Positions 10,986 through 26,700 of a DNA stretch of 64,000 bases are shown piece after piece. The stretch is taken from contig MCFH01000022.1 of NCBI GenBank assembly GCA_002104945.1, positions 310,001 to 374,000 on the forward strand. Reading direction: 5' to 3'. The position numbers were made by a program, and so were the translations under genes. Every line of letters begins with the position of its first letter. Position 1 is the first letter of the stretch. The notes under the pieces were generated by a model. That model was given only the letters and a program-made list of their open reading frames with translations. It had not been told where the DNA came from and did not search any database. This stretch comes from Piromyces finnis finn. Its lineage: Eukaryota; Fungi; Neocallimastigomycota.

Positions 10986-13881
10986 ATAAATGAATAATAT
11001 TAATGTTTATATGTTAATTTTAATATTTATAAAATAAAGGTATAATTAATAATAAAATTATAATATTAAAAATGTATTATGTAAATATTTTAGAAAATAA
11101 AAATATATATATAAATAAATAAATTATAATCATAATATGTAAATAAAAATAAAATAAATGTCTCTCTCTCTTTTTTCTTTTTTTGCTTTAATCTTTAATA
11201 TTTATTATTATAATTTTGTATACAAATATAAATTTTAATATTATTATTTTTTTTTTAACTTTTTCTTTTTTTTCTTATTTTTCTTCCATTATTGATACAA
11301 TGAAATCATTTCTAAAACAATAAATAAATTATTTTTTTTTTAAAAAAAAAAAAAGTAATCACATTGATAACCTTTGTATGAATGGAATCTAAAAATTATA
11401 CAAATAATAAAAATTAATAAATTTTATTATGCTTTAAAGTACATATCCATGATACTATAATGCATTGTAAAATACAATAATTATTAACCCTTTTTATAAT
11501 ATTTTATCAACAAGTTAAAACTTTTCAAAATAATAAAATTTTAAATTTGTTTTTTTTTTTTTTTTTTTTTTTTTTGATTTTGGTAGAATAAAAAATCGAA
11601 TTTACCAATATTTTCATAAAATAGTTTGATGGGAAATTTATATACTCATTTAGTATATAAAATATTCATAGGAAGCTAAATTGTATAGAGTACACATAGG
11701 ATATTGTATGGGTGAGTTAGATAAACTTTAGAATTGTATGGATTATTATAAAGTCATTTAGAATGCATTATTAGATGATGATGATATTTCAATATTGATG
11801 AATCTTTATTAAGTAAAATAGATTCTAAGCTATTAAAAAAAAAAAAAATTGAGCTTTTGATATATAATTTAAAATAAAATGTTCAAACTTTTTTGATTTT
11901 GGTTGTACAAATAATTTATATTTTAATTTTATTAAAAATTTAATTTACTAATAAAGTTTTACAAATTTACAAATTCTCTTAAAAAAAAAAAAAAAAAACT
12001 TTTATGATATTTCAAATTATCATCATTTTATTCATATTTTTTAATAATATTATAAAATATATTATTAATTGAATATTTTTGTATTTTTTATATTATTCTA
12101 TTCTATATTAAAAATAAAAAAGCTGCGTATTATTCACATTCAACATGTAGTAATAGAATTTATATTTATACTTTTTTGATTCTAATAAAAGTTAGTTAAT
12201 AATATACTTAAAAATCATATATATTTTATCTTTTATACTCATTTTATCTAAATATGTGTAAAATCTTCTTATATTAAATCATTAACAAAATAGATATCAA
12301 TTCTACTATTATAAAATTAATAATAATAATTAAGATAATAAAGAATCTATTTATAATCATATTGAAATACTTTTATTACAGATATCATTTTTATGAATAT
12401 AACTTTCGCCTTTAAAATCTATTTATTCAGTTTTTGGTATTATGGAATTACTAGAGTTTAATTATACAACTTTTAATGTTTCTGAATATATTATTGATAA
12501 AAATTATAATTCCTTAAATTATATATATATATATATATTTTTTTTTTAAAAAATAGACTTTTTTAAATAATATTAATAGTTAAGGTTAATAAAAAATACA
12601 ATTAATATTTCAATACTATTATATATAAACTATTTATTTTAGAATAAAATAATAATTGCTTTGCTTCACTATATATTACTTTATATTATCCATCAAGTTT
12701 TTTTTTTTTTTTTTTTTTTTTTAGAAAAAAAGATATTCTTTAGTATCATATAAATAAATAAAAAAAAATAAAGAATTATTACATAAACATATTTATGTAT
12801 TTAGCTATAAAAAAAATTATTAAAAATAAAAATATTTTTATAAGATTATAATATTTCCTTTATTGATTGTAATGGTATTTGTGATGATTAAAGTCATACT
12901 AAATAAGTTTAGTTTTCTTTTTTAATTAAAAAAAAAAAAAAGAAAAAGAATATAAATATAAAAAAAGAAATGTGAAAATATAAATATTATTATGATTTGT
13001 AATTTATTTTAATTAAATATTTAAATAAAGTTTAAATTCAATATTTTTATAGATTTATAAAACTATATTTTTACCTATTTTCTACTTTAGCTAAATAAAC
13101 TTTGTTTAATATATTATATCAAGTATCAGAAAATAAATAAAAAAAATTATCAGGATTAAATTATCAAAAAAGAATAAAAGTTTACAAGTTTAATATAAAT
13201 ATATAATTATATATACTTAACTTACTATGATTATATGATAGGATAATAAATAAAATCATTATAGCCTATTATATTATTATTTATTATTAAACAGTCGTTA
13301 ATGTTAAATCATTAAAATCATCAACCATGAAGTGTGTTATTAAACTTTGTTGTTTTAGTTTTTGATGTATATCATTTTATAATACATATAATAATTATTT
13401 TAAAGTTTTAATGTTTTGCCAAAACTTTATAATAGTTTTAACATTTTAATTAAATAATGACAAGATATATATATTATTTTTTTCTTATTTATTTTTTATT
13501 ATATATTTAAATTCATACTCTTATATAATTAGAACAACAAAAAACAATATAGATATTTGTATAATAAAAGTAATAAAAAAAAAAAAAAAGAAAAAAAAAT
13601 TTACAACTAAAAAAAAATTGGATGCTTAATAAAATACAAAAAAAATTAAAAGCATAAAATTAATAAAGTATTATTATATAATTTATTTTATTTTCATCCT
13701 CTTTTAATAGTAAATGTATTACAATAAACTATCATACTTTATTAAATAATTGTCTTTTTACATAAATAAGATTGAAATTGTAAAAAAAAAAAAAAAAAGC
13801 ATTATAATATTTCTTTTATACATAAAAATAGTAAAAGTAGAAATAGAATTATAGGAGTAAATCACTATATTTGTAACTAAT

Positions 13882-16800
13882 ATGAGTAGTGATAATGTTA
13901 AAAATGATCAATCCATACTAACTAATAAAAGTAACAATATAGAGTCTTTAGAATCTCTAAATGAGAAGATAGATTATAAAAAAAATAGTTATAGTAAGGA
14001 TTTAAAGGAACCAATAATATCAGAAGACTTGCTAAAACCCGAACGAAATACAAGAATAAAAAGTTTGGATTCATATGGAAATGTTGAAGGTATATAATAT
14101 TATTAATGTATTTATTATATTAAAAGAATCGTTATTTTTTTTTTTTTTTAAATAATAGTATATTTATCTAAAAAAAAAAAAGATAATATATTGCTTTTAA
14201 ATAAAAGTGTTATTTTATAAAAAAAAAATAATAAATATATTCTTTAAAAAAAACATTAATATTTTTAAAGTATTAGTCTTAAAAAACGTATATGACAATT
14301 TATATTTTAATTTGAAGATATCTTTTTAATTTAGTAATATTTAATAATTTTATTTTATGTTCTTTGCCTATATAAACATATATATTAATATTAATCTAAA
14401 CAAAAAAATAATAATAAAAAAAAAACATTTAAAATAAAAGGAGTAGGAAATGTACTTAATAGTATAGATTCATTAGTTAATAATAAGCAAGTTTCACAAA
14501 CTCCATCAAAAACAGAGATTGATAAATTAGTTTCAATTACTGATGATTCAACATCTATTTTACTTACAGCTCCTACGATGGAAGATATTATTGAAGATGA
14601 AATTATAAGTGAAGTTGAAGAAGATATTAATGGATTGATACCACCAATTACTAATAACACTAAGCATTCAAAAGTAAATAAATCTAATAATTCTGACAGT
14701 ACTAAAGAAAGAGCTAATGATTCTGCATCCATCCTTACAGAGGAAGAACTTTCCTCAAAAACTAACTCTCAAAATCAAATTAATTCTTCAAAAAATGATA
14801 TTGAAAGTATTAAAGTAGAAAAAAATTTAAAATTCGCTATGGACAAAGAATTATCATTCAATTATTTAGACGAAAATGAAAAATTATTTGATTCATTCAT
14901 AAATAAAGAGGCTTTACTAAAGGAGTACCTAGAAATTCGTAAAAAACTTGAAAAATATTTATTATCCTTTGAACATAACAAAAATCTAGATTCCTTAGCA
15001 TTTAATGGATATGAAAATTTAGTAAACAAGAGCGATTATGACGATCTACAAAGTAGTCAAAGTAATAATAATCCATTAAACAATAGCTTATCAACATCCA
15101 ATTTTAATATTTCAGATAAAAATATTTTTTCATTACTTGATAAATATTTTGAAAAAATTATTGAAAATGAAAAGGTAAATAGATATAAATATTATTTATG
15201 ATATTTACAATTTATATCAACATAAATGGTTAAGCATTAAAAGTACCGATTATCTAATGAACATAATAATAATATTATTTGAATTTTTTTATTTTTCTTT
15301 TTTTTTTTTTTTGTAATTTAAAAAATAACACAAATTATAATATGACCATATTAATTTAAACCTGGAATGATAATGGAATGAAAATATATTATAACCCATA
15401 GATTAATGAGAGATATAGAAAGAGGATGACGGAATTAATTGAAATTAAAGATAAATTTATTGGAAGACAAAGAATAAGAAATAATAAGTTAGAATTTGCT
15501 TTGAAAGAAGCTCTCTTTTTTTTAGAAAAACCTTTTGATGTTAATTTAGTTCAATCTCATTTTATTAATACTTTATTATCAAATTATAAAGACAATCAAG
15601 CAGAATCACAGGCCTTAAATACTTCAAACCCAAATTCTAATACAAATTCAAATTCAAATTCAAATTCTATGACCGCTCAAGCTAAAAAATATTTAAAAAA
15701 AATAAATAAAAAGCATGATAATAAAAATTCATTAAACCAAAATATAAATCCTGTACTTAGAATTTCCAAAGAAGAAAATGAATTATGCATGCAATTTTCA
15801 ATTAATTATTTAAGACAAGCGTTAGACTGGATAGAAAAAGATGTAGATATAGACGGTGATTATGAAAAATTTAAAATAAAGCGGTATATTTCAGTCGATA
15901 AAATACCAAAGATTGATGAATCTAAATCTATGATAGATGTAATCTATCTTAAAATATATTAATAATATATATATAAAGAAAAAATTTTAATTTATTTGTT
16001 ATATATATTTTTTTTAATATACCTTTTTAATATTTTAATTCAACTAAATTTAGGAAGATGAAAAATATCCTAATCTTAGTAAACCTCTTAGTACTGATTT
16101 AAGTGAAAATAACATTAATGTTAGTTATAGTAAAATTAAAATTAATTATCAGAAAGGGCCGTCTACTGAAGAATTAACAAATGAAATTAATTTGGATGAT
16201 ATCTTTGATAAACCTGAGTTTAATGATAATAAAAAGTATACACTTAAAAAAAGTAATACTTTTCGTAGGGAAAAAAATGAATCAATTCCTCAATTTTCAA
16301 ATTTTACTAAATCAAAGTCTGTAAATTCTCTATTTGCATCACAGTATAGTCAATCAAATATAGATTTTGATCAACTTGTTAATATGATTGATGAAATTGA
16401 CAATGAAGAAAATATGGCTTTTAATGAGATAAATGAAGAGAAAAATGAATCTTCTTCTATTATATCTCAAAATAGTGATAAAAGTAATAAAAGTGTACAT
16501 AAAAATGTTCCAATATTGATAACACCACTAAATGCAGATTCGGAATATAATCATAGTAATAGAGAAGGAAGCGATTCAATTAAAGATATTATGTCAGAAA
16601 AAGAACCAAGCGAAACTAGTTCTACTAATATAAATAGATCAATAACAAATATGTCTACCTGTAAAAGATCACTAAGTTTAAATGCTAAAGAGGCAAAAAT
16701 AATGTCAGCAAAACTTTATAATAACCTTCTAAAAGAAAATAATATGATTAATGTCATGATATCATTAGAAAATGAAAATGTAAGAAATGATTCAAGCATG

Positions 16801-19116
16801 AATGAATCAAATAAAAATGTTGAAAACCTACCCTTACCCAATTCCTTCACTATTCTTTCTAACTATAAATGTATCAATAATTTGAATATTGAAGAACTTC
16901 AAGAAAATTTTAATGAGCATTTCACAGAAAACCAATTAGAAAATAATAACACTAAATTTAACTTTAGTATTAATGGAGAGAATGGACTTAAACTATTTAA
17001 AGAAATATTGAAAGGTATTAATCAAGGAGGCGCAGAAAAAATAAATAATCTTGACAAAACCAACTTTGTTACCTCGTTAGAATATAATAAGCAATTAAAA
17101 AAGATAGAAGCTCTAGAAAAGGAGAATAATCGATTGAACTATCAATTAGAGAAAAAAACATTGGAATACGATCATGAGCATATGGCAAAGGTTATGTTAG
17201 ACAAAGAATTAGAAGACTTGACATCACAACTTTTCCTACAGGCCAATAAATTAGTAGAAACAGAGTGTCATAAGTTGGAAGATACAAAAGTTAAATTAAA
17301 GGAACTTAATGATAAATATAACGCTGTTAAAATTCAATTAGAAAAGAGAGAAAATGAACTAAATGCCTTAAAGAAAGTAATGATTAAAAATGAAGAGAAA
17401 AAAATTTCTAAGCGAACAAAAATGTTCCCAAAGATTTTAAATAATAATGTTAATAGTTCCACTGTAGGAAATTCTATTATTCTTTTGAATAATCCACCAT
17501 TGGAAAAGCTCAATATTAACTCTGTGGCAAATTCTGAAGAATTATTATCAACTTCATATAATTCTAATAACAGTAAATTGTACAGTATGGACAATAATGT
17601 ATCTTATATTTCGACTGATTCATATAATGTTTTTGCAAGTAATATATTGTCTACTAATAAAGCCAATAGTGAAGCTGTTGTCAATGTTAATTCAGAAAGT
17701 AATAAAGTAACAAAAGAAATCAATAACTTAAATACTTTAAATCTAGATATCTGCTCTGAAACAATAATGGATAGTAATGGAAGAGATGAGGATGATAAGG
17801 TAATCCATGTTAATAATAATGCATCAATCGAAGAACAATCTGAAGAAATAAAATCATGGAACTTATATTCAACTAAAGTAATTGCCATTCAAAATGACAA
17901 AATCTTTACATACATTGATGGGGGTCAATTTAATGAATTTCAAAACTACATTCGCGATTCTCTTATTAAAGTTAATAATAATAAGAAAAAGAAAAATAAT
18001 ATATTTTGTCTTCCAAATACATCATTTATGAAGAGATGTATTGAAGATGAAATTTATCCATGTTTATTTGAACATTTCTCGGATCAACAATCTTCCAGTC
18101 AGAGTAAAAGAAATTCTATCACTAAAACACATGTTAATTTTAAAAAAAAGCTTCAAAAAGCATTGTCATGCAACGGTATTATTATTATTCCATTTGAGCT
18201 TTTATCAAAGAATGGTAAACTCATTAAATCTACTACACCAGTGACGCCGAAAGAAAAACAAAATTTAGATAACAGCACTTCATTTAGTAGCAGTGATGAA
18301 GAAAATGGTAAGGATAATGAAACTGTAAATGAATCTAACGATTCTTATTCCTCCAAGAAAATAGAATACTATTTAGAATATGATTTTGTTCATCCATTAC
18401 CCTTACCACCACGTAAAAAGTGTTGCCTTTGTATGAATTACCGAGATTGTCACTATCATATCATTTTTAAGAATATAGAGAGTAAAGATAAAGATGGTTC
18501 CTTGATTAGTCCTGATTCATCTAAATTAATAAATAATATTAATATCATTGTAAATAATAATAAATTATCGAATAATCAGGATAATTTAACATCCTCTGAA
18601 ACAAATAATAAACATACAAACAATGATAAAGATTCAACGATATCACCTACAACTAATTCCAATAGTCTTTCAAATCAAATGAATAAAAAGAATACTAATT
18701 CTAATAATGATGTATCCCCAGTGACATCACCTACATCAAAAGTAGTTGAAGATTACACGGCAAAATGTTACAATATAAACAGTGATTTTTTACATCAACT
18801 AAGAACAGAAAATTGTTTTTCTTTCAACGAACAATTTTTCCTTTGTCCTATCTGTCGTGATAAAATTGTAAGTGTTGCAGATTTATATAGCTATCTATCA
18901 AGTTTAGAATCTAAATTAACAGGTAGTAGTAAAGGACAATCAAGTATTTTAAATATGTTTAAGAATGTTATATTATTAAAAAGACGAATAGCAACAGCAA
19001 AACTTGGAGCATTGCAATTCTTTGAACAAAATAATGATTTATTTAAAGATGAATCATTGACAGCTCTATATGATAACAGTTCAGAAGAATGGGAAAATTA
19101 TGTTAAAATTATTTAA
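13882..19116 (+). CDS. SEC2: Sec2/Rabin8-like Rab guanine-nucleotide exchange factor; probable exons 13882-14089, 14441-15174, 15402-15938, 16054-19116
   Basis: Sec2p coiled coil KVMLDKELEDLTSQLFLQANKLV, then C-terminal FMKRCIEDEIYPCL, KKCCLC..CHY and LCPICRDKIVSVADLYSYL motifs. The upstream ORFs join in frame through GT..AG introns (phases 1,0,0). Linkage of exon 1 is least certain. Confidence 0.75.
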
Positions 19117-19330
19117 AAATAAAAATTTTGTTTAAAATCATAAAAAAAAAAAAAACTTATTAGTTTATCTTTTAATAAAATGTAATATAGAATTAATATA
19201 TACATATATATAATTATCTTATTAATAGTTTAATATTATTAATTGTAGCATTTAAAAAATATTTTAACACTCATGTTAAAAAATAAAAATAAAATAATAG
19301 TAGTAAAAAGAAAAAGAAAAAAGAAAAAAG

Positions 19331-19364
<34 letters not shown>

Positions 19365-19447
19365 TAAGAAAAAATAAAAATATAAAACAAAATAATTAAT
19401 GTATGATTTATTTAATTTATTAATAATAATTTCTTTTTTCATCCATT

Positions 19448-19487
<40 letters not shown>

Positions 19488-20110
19488 CTTGCTTATGAAT
19501 ATACAAATATATACTTTATCCTTTCTTTAAAAATTATAAAGGTATAATTATTATTTTTTTATATTCATTTACTAATTATTAGACATTTAACCTTAATATA
19601 TAGAGTAAATGAAAATAAAAATAAAGTAGAAATTGAATAATCGAAATAATTTTAAAAAAAAAAAAAAAAAAATAAAATAAAAATAAAATTTATGAAATGA
19701 AAAAGTTCTAAAGAAAAATTGTTAATTTTAATATTATATAGAAGAATTAGAATAAATTATAACTTTTTACATGTATCTTTAATTATTATATTTATAAAAA
19801 AATAAACCCATAATACAAGTATTTAAAGCAATATAAAAAATAATTATTAGAATAAAAATCCTTTTCTTTCCTATCTTCTTATTTATATACAAATCTATAT
19901 TACTACGTTAATTTTTTTATATTAAATAAGATGTTGTTTTAGTTTTATGATATAATTTGAATAAAATAAAAAGAAATAGATTTGTATTTTCTTTGACTAG
20001 TTTTTAATATTGCTTAATAAATGGTTAATTTAAATTATTTTTTGTTGTAATTTTATCCATTTCAATTAAAAAGAAAATAATCCAATTGATAATACCAACA
20101 AAACTTTAAT

Positions 20111-21029
20111 TTAATTCTTTAATCTAGCAAAAAGTTTTCTTCCTTCATAATCATAATCGTTTAATTTTTTAATAGCTTCTTGAGCTTCTTCTTCTGTTTT
20201 GAAGTTAACAATACCAAAACCTTTAGCACGACTTCCTTCAATAGCAACATCAGTAAAAGCTGGGTTTAATTCAAGCTTTTCAACTAAATCCTTAAGTTCC
20301 TTCCAACGAGTACTGAATGGGATCTTTATTATATTTATTATATAAAAATATATTATAAATATAGATATATAAAATATTATATATTACAAAATCCTATCAT
20401 TTAATTTTTAACATTGATACGTACGTTACCAACAATGATGTCAACACCTCTTTGTGGAGAACGACTATTGTTGTAACCACCTCTACCACGGTATGGCTTA
20501 CGACCACCATTGTAACCACGATTATTGTAGCCACCTCTATTTCCACGATAGTTATTATTGTTACTTCTGGAATCACCAGCAAATTTATCAAGCTTAACTT
20601 GAATGGTTCTACCATTGAAATCAGTTTCATTGAACATTTCAATAGCCTTAGCAGCTTCTTCTTGAGTACTCATAAGTACAGTACCGAAACCCTTAGATCT
20701 ACCAGAGTTATCTAAAATAACATCAGCGTGAACAACATTACCAGCTTGAGAAAAGTGTTCTTTTAATGATTGCCATCTTTCTTCATATTTAAGATTACCA
20801 ACATGAAGTTGACATCCTTCCTTGCTCTTGATTAACATATTAAAAATTTTAATTTGAAATAATGTTTATTTAATAACAATATCAAATGCATATTTTTATT
20901 AGTAATTATTTCATGATAACATACACTATTTCTATCTTCACGAACTTCAAGTTTACGACCTTCAATTTCAAATCCATTTAAATCCTCTAATTATAATTTT
21001 ATATAATATTTACATTTTATATAATATAA

Positions 21030-21063
<34 letters not shown>

Positions 21064-21864
21064 GATTATATACTTAAATAAACATGTGTCATTTGTTTAA
21101 ATATTTACCAATAGCTCTAACAGCATCTTCAACACTCTTCATTTGAACAATACCATAACCCTTACTTCTACCTTGATAATCTTTGAAAACATCAGCATGT
21201 ACAACTTCACCCTTTGTACTACGGAATAAATCCTTTAATTCTTGCCAACCATAGGTAAATGGAAGGTTACCAACATATAAAGAGGTACTATTGACTTGAA
21301 CTGGTTCTTCTTCTTCTTCTTCACCTTTAATTGAAAATATACACATTTATAAATAATTTACATTATTTTTATTTTTTTCTAAATTTCTTATTTCTAATTA
21401 AACTTTATTTAAATAATTGAATATATACCAGCTCTAAAAACCTTAATTTCTTTTCCTTCCCATGTGAAGTTATCGTAAGTAAGAACAGCTTCTTTAACCT
21501 TTTCTTCAGAAGAGAAGGTAACAATACCAACAAATGAATTTCCCTTCTTTATAACATCAGCATGTTCAACAGGACAAGCTTTAAAAATAATTTAATATTT
21601 TAAAAATTAATAACTATATTTTATTTAAAATATATGTACATTTATTTGGATTTACTTTGATTAAAAAGATCCTTTAATTTTTGCCATGAGGTATGGAAAG
21701 GTAACTGTATTTAAAATAATTGAAAAATTTTATCATGATTAAAAATATAATTATTTTAATTATATTTGATGGAAAATTAATTTATTATCTTATTAATAAA
21801 ATTGTAATGAAATAAGACAAACATTTTTAACAATAATTTGGAACTTTTTGTTTTCTGCAGACAT
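20111..21864 (-). CDS. Multi-exon RNA-binding protein with four RRMs and an RGG-like linker (Gbp2/Hrb1, hnRNP M/MYEF2-like)
   Basis: Start MSAENKKFQ at 21864. RRM starts LPFHTSWQKLKDLF, NLPFTYGWQELKDLF, NLKYEERWQSLKEHF and IPFSTRWKELKDLV; RNP1-like GRSKGYGIV / GRSKGFGTV / SRAKGFGIV. The WQxLKD motif is characteristic of this family. Stop TAA at 20111-20113. Confidence 0.85.
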
Positions 21865-23787
21865 TTTGTATGTATCCTATTTTAATTTCATATTTATATG
21901 AATTTATAAAAAAAAAGAGTTAAATAATTGTAAAAATAAAATAACTAAAATATATTGTATTCACTATAAATTTACACTTTATTAATTACATAATTTAATA
22001 ATAATATATAATTATTCATGGATATATTGCTATATCTTTATATTTTTCACAATGTCTTTTTTTGTTTATTTATGATTATATATTTTTCTTATCAATTTAT
22101 TTTTTTAGTTTAATTTTTAAATTCTTCGATTAATTTACTTATTAAAATTATTACTTTAACAAAACCAACGAAAAAATAAAAAAGGAAATATAAATATTAT
22201 ATTTTGATATTTATAATTTCTATGAAAAAAGAATAGCAAATTGTATCTAAAAGGATATTTCCCATCTTATTATTTTAAGTTTTTTTTTTTTTTGCTTTTT
22301 CTAATACTATTATAATTTAAAAGTGTTTTAATTGTTTATAAATATTACTACTTTTATTATTATTATACATATTATGTTGTTTTTATTAACCTTTATTTTT
22401 ATTAATTTAATTGGTTCAACTTTTGATTGATTAATCATTAATTCATTTACTTCTTAGAATATTAAAAATAATATGAATATCGACAATAAATGTATATTAT
22501 TTTATTAAAAAAAAAATAATAAAATACCTTTTATATTAATTTGAATATGAAATTACTAGTATAACTATTATTTTGAACTAAAAATCAAAAAATAGAATTA
22601 AATTTTAAGATCAAGTTTATATTTATATTATTACTTGTTAATAAATAATTAAAAGTAAAATATTAATTAATAATTAAATGTGATGAAATAAGGATAACTT
22701 CACAAATTTTAATAACTAAAATTTTTGTTAGTCTTTTAATTTATTCATCCTATTCATTTATATTATTAAATTGATCTATTTAATTTTATTATATATGTCC
22801 ATTTATTTCAATTTATTGATAAACTATGACTATTTAAAATTTAAAAATTTAATTTAACTAAATATATACAATATATTTATTGATATATTATAAATATAAT
22901 GTATATAATGTATATAATATTTGGTATATTAAATTATTACTACAATTATAAATTTATTAATACAATTAATGACTAGCTAAACCTATATAAATTATAATTC
23001 AATTTTCCATTATCCAAAAAATGCAGTAAAAAGGTATTGCTTGATGATAAGTACTATCTTAGTAGTAAAACAGAGTTTTTTTGTTATAAATATAAATAAT
23101 ATAATATTATGTATAACTTTTAAGATGGATAAATATATTTTTTTTTATTTTATAAAACTAATTTTAAATATAAAAAAGAAATAATAACTTTGTACAAAAA
23201 TGTAATTAATTTTAAAAGTAAAAAAAAAAAAAAAAATCATACTTTCTTATAATTACTTTAAAGATAAGATTTTTAATGATTATATTTCAAAAAAAATAGA
23301 AATTATAATATACGAAATACTTGTTTAACTGGTGCTAATTAGATATACAATTAATATTTTATATAGAGTTCTACAATCTTCCAGAAAGAATATTTAGTAC
23401 AGCAATTTTTTTTTTTTTTTTGATATGAATTATAATGTATGAAATATTTAAAATAAAGTTAATAATGAAATATATATAATCCAATAATCTAATTGTGTTT
23501 AACAAAAAATAAAAACATATTTATTGTATGCTTTTGTTTTTGCTGTTTAAAGACCACAGGCTCTGGCTAAATTTTTTAAAAAGAGCGTCAAAATTAAAGT
23601 TTAATATCCAATCACAATTACTTATAGAATCTTTATATAAGAAAATTTTATTTTTTATATTTTAATAATTAAATTTTTTTAAAAAAATAAAAGATACACT
23701 GAAACAGTGTAAAATAAAGCAATTAAATTAAATAAATAAATATTAATAATAAAAATAAAATATAATATAATAAAAATATTAATAAAA

Positions 23788-26700
23788 ATGGAAACGAAAC
23801 AATTAAAATCTTCAAATGTACATATTTCCTTTTTTTTTTTTTTTACATTAATATTTCATTATTCCCATTCTTTCTTCTGAGTAAAAAGAAAAAAAAAAAG
23901 TCTTGAATAATTTCTTCATTATATAATTTTATCGAAAAGATTTGATTTAAAATCTAATTATTTATTATCTATTTTAAATAAAACATTCAAGAGTAACGTC
24001 GCAATTTCATTATTAATATTAAATGTATTGCTTTTATAAATCAAAGTAATATATTTAATGTTAATATTAAAAACATTTATTTTCCATTCGAGACATAATA
24101 ATTAACAATTTATATTGAATACTATAAAATGTCCTTTAACTTTTTTATAAAGATTTTTTTAATTTTTATTTAACATAAAATTAAATATTTTGTTTTCCTA
24201 TCAATTTAATATATATTAATTTTCACTTTCTTTTTTGTTTTTAATATATGTTTAACTTTAAAGTTCTTTGCAGAAGATGTTGTTGTTTTAAAAAAAAACG
24301 AAGATAAAATAGGTGTAGTTATTAAAACAGCATTAGACGAAGATGATGAGGAAGATATGGAAACTGAAAATGTAAATATTATAATTATATATATTATATA
24401 TGTTTAAAGGAAAATGAATGTATAAAAATTTTACAATTTTTATTTAACAATAAAAAAAAAGTATTATATACAGTTTATATTGTTCTCAATTAAATTATAT
24501 AAAATTATTAATAATATTTGCTATTATTATTATTATATTGAAAATGTTATTCTTAAAAGATTCCATTACAACAAAAACATGTAAGAGTCGCTTTTATGAA
24601 TGAAAATGAAAATTCAAGAGATATTAGTGAAAATAAGTTAATATGCATAGATAGATGTTTAAAATTAGGAGATATTGCAAGATACCCAGTAGAAAAGGGA
24701 AACAAACAACAAACGGGAACAGTAATAAATGTAAAAGTCATTGCTGACCTTCAAGCAACCTATAATGAAAATGAAATTACAATTCTAAAAGATATTGATA
24801 CTATAAAATTAATTAATTATTACGACATAGAAGAAGGTAAAATAGAATTAATTTTTAATATATATTTTAGGTATTAGTAATTAAAATTAACTCAATCAAA
24901 TGTAATAAATTTTATATTAAAACTGTTTATTATTAAAATTATTTAATTACATTAATTTCATCTAATGTTTAAAAGGTACATGTGTTCTTCTTAACAATTG
25001 GTTTGGTATAGTTAGAAATGTGTACGATGATGTATATGTAAAATTTACAGATGGCTCTGTGTGTAAATTATCGGTATCAAACGTTAAAATTGAAGATAAA
25101 TATCAGGAATCAAGTCGTTTTGGAATCGAACGTGTATACGCAGGAGTAAAAGTTCAAGCTCTTAAAAGCGACTCATTTAAAAATGCTCAATGGATTAAAG
25201 GTCAGTATAAACCAAGTAATGTAACAGGTCATGTAATTATGACACAGATATCAAAAGTATATGTAGAATGGCAATATAAAAATTTAAAAGTTGATACCAA
25301 AGAAAATGAAGCACCTCCACCATTTTCAATAAAGGATGTTTCATCCCTTACAATTTTAAGAAGTATGCATGAACATCAAGCAATGTGTCTTGGTTGCCTC
25401 GTTCAATTTGAATCAAAAGAAGAAGCTAAAGGTAGTATATGATAAATACTACGATATAAATTATATTGAACCACATATAGAGTTATATAAAATAATATAA
25501 TTTTTATTAATATTTTTATTATATTAAAATAGATTATGGCGTAGAAACTTTTAATGATATGATAAACCCATGTTTTGTATGCAGACTATTCTTTTAATAG
25601 ATATTTTAACTATTAAATTAATAAATAAATAAAAAAAAAAAAAGAGAGAGAGAGAGAGAAATTAACTGAAATGTAAAATATTATAATTTTTATTATAGAA
25701 AATTATAAAAACTAAAAGTTATGTAGATGTTCAATGGCAAGATGGCTCAATAACAAAAAATATAGATACAACTGAACTATTAATATGCTATAATATAGAT
25801 GAACAGGTAAAGATTAAATAATTAAATAGTAAATTAAAGTAAAGAAAAATTAATATAATATATTTAAAAAAATAATTGATAACAAAGGATTTCTGGCCAA
25901 CCGATTACGTTTATTTAAAAGAAGAATTTTCAAAGAAAAAAGCGTTGTCTAAAGTTAAAGTCGGTGTTATAAAATCTGTTAATGCATTGGAAAGAGTATG
26001 TGAAGTTCATTGGTTAGAAAGTCCTGACAAAGAAAGTCTTAAAGTTGTAAGTTACAAAACTATATGAAATATATTTCATATTAAATTATTGTTATTTAAT
26101 GATTAAAAATTCAATGTTTAATTTAATTGTTATATATATATTCAAAATTATAGGAAACTAAAGAACAATCAACATATGAAATTTCATCACACCCATTATA
26201 CACACAAAGGTTAGGTGAAAGAGTTATTATTACAAGTGATTTAAAACCAATTGAAAAACAATGTAAAGGAATTACTAAAAAAGAAGCAGAACACGATTGG
26301 GTTGGTGAAATCGTTTCTATTAACGATCCTGAACATTTAGGAAGAGTTGGTGTTTGTTGTTGTCCATCTAGAAATATTCATTATGTATTCCCATTCCAAA
26401 TATTTACTTTATCAGATACTGAAGAATATATGCATGAAGAATATATATCCGACAGTGATATGGGTGATTATGTGGTTATTGAAGATGATGATGATGAATA
26501 TGATGCTGATAAATATGAAGGTTTCAAATCAGAAAAAGTTGATTCAATGGAAGTAGATGATAATGAATGGGAAACTGAAGATAGTGAATGGGAAACCGAG
26601 GATGATGAAGACATGATTAGTGATATTGAAGATGGCCCAAGAATAACTGAAATAATAAGTGATGATGAAAATAAAAATATTAAAGAAGAAGAAGTTAAAA

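Noticed and set aside
11582-11835. Slightly GC-richer patch that reads protein-like if TAG/TAA were Gln (possible pseudogene or alternative code)
   Set aside because: Stop density is about what AT-rich random sequence gives, I recognise no family, and all real genes here use TAA/TAG as stops.
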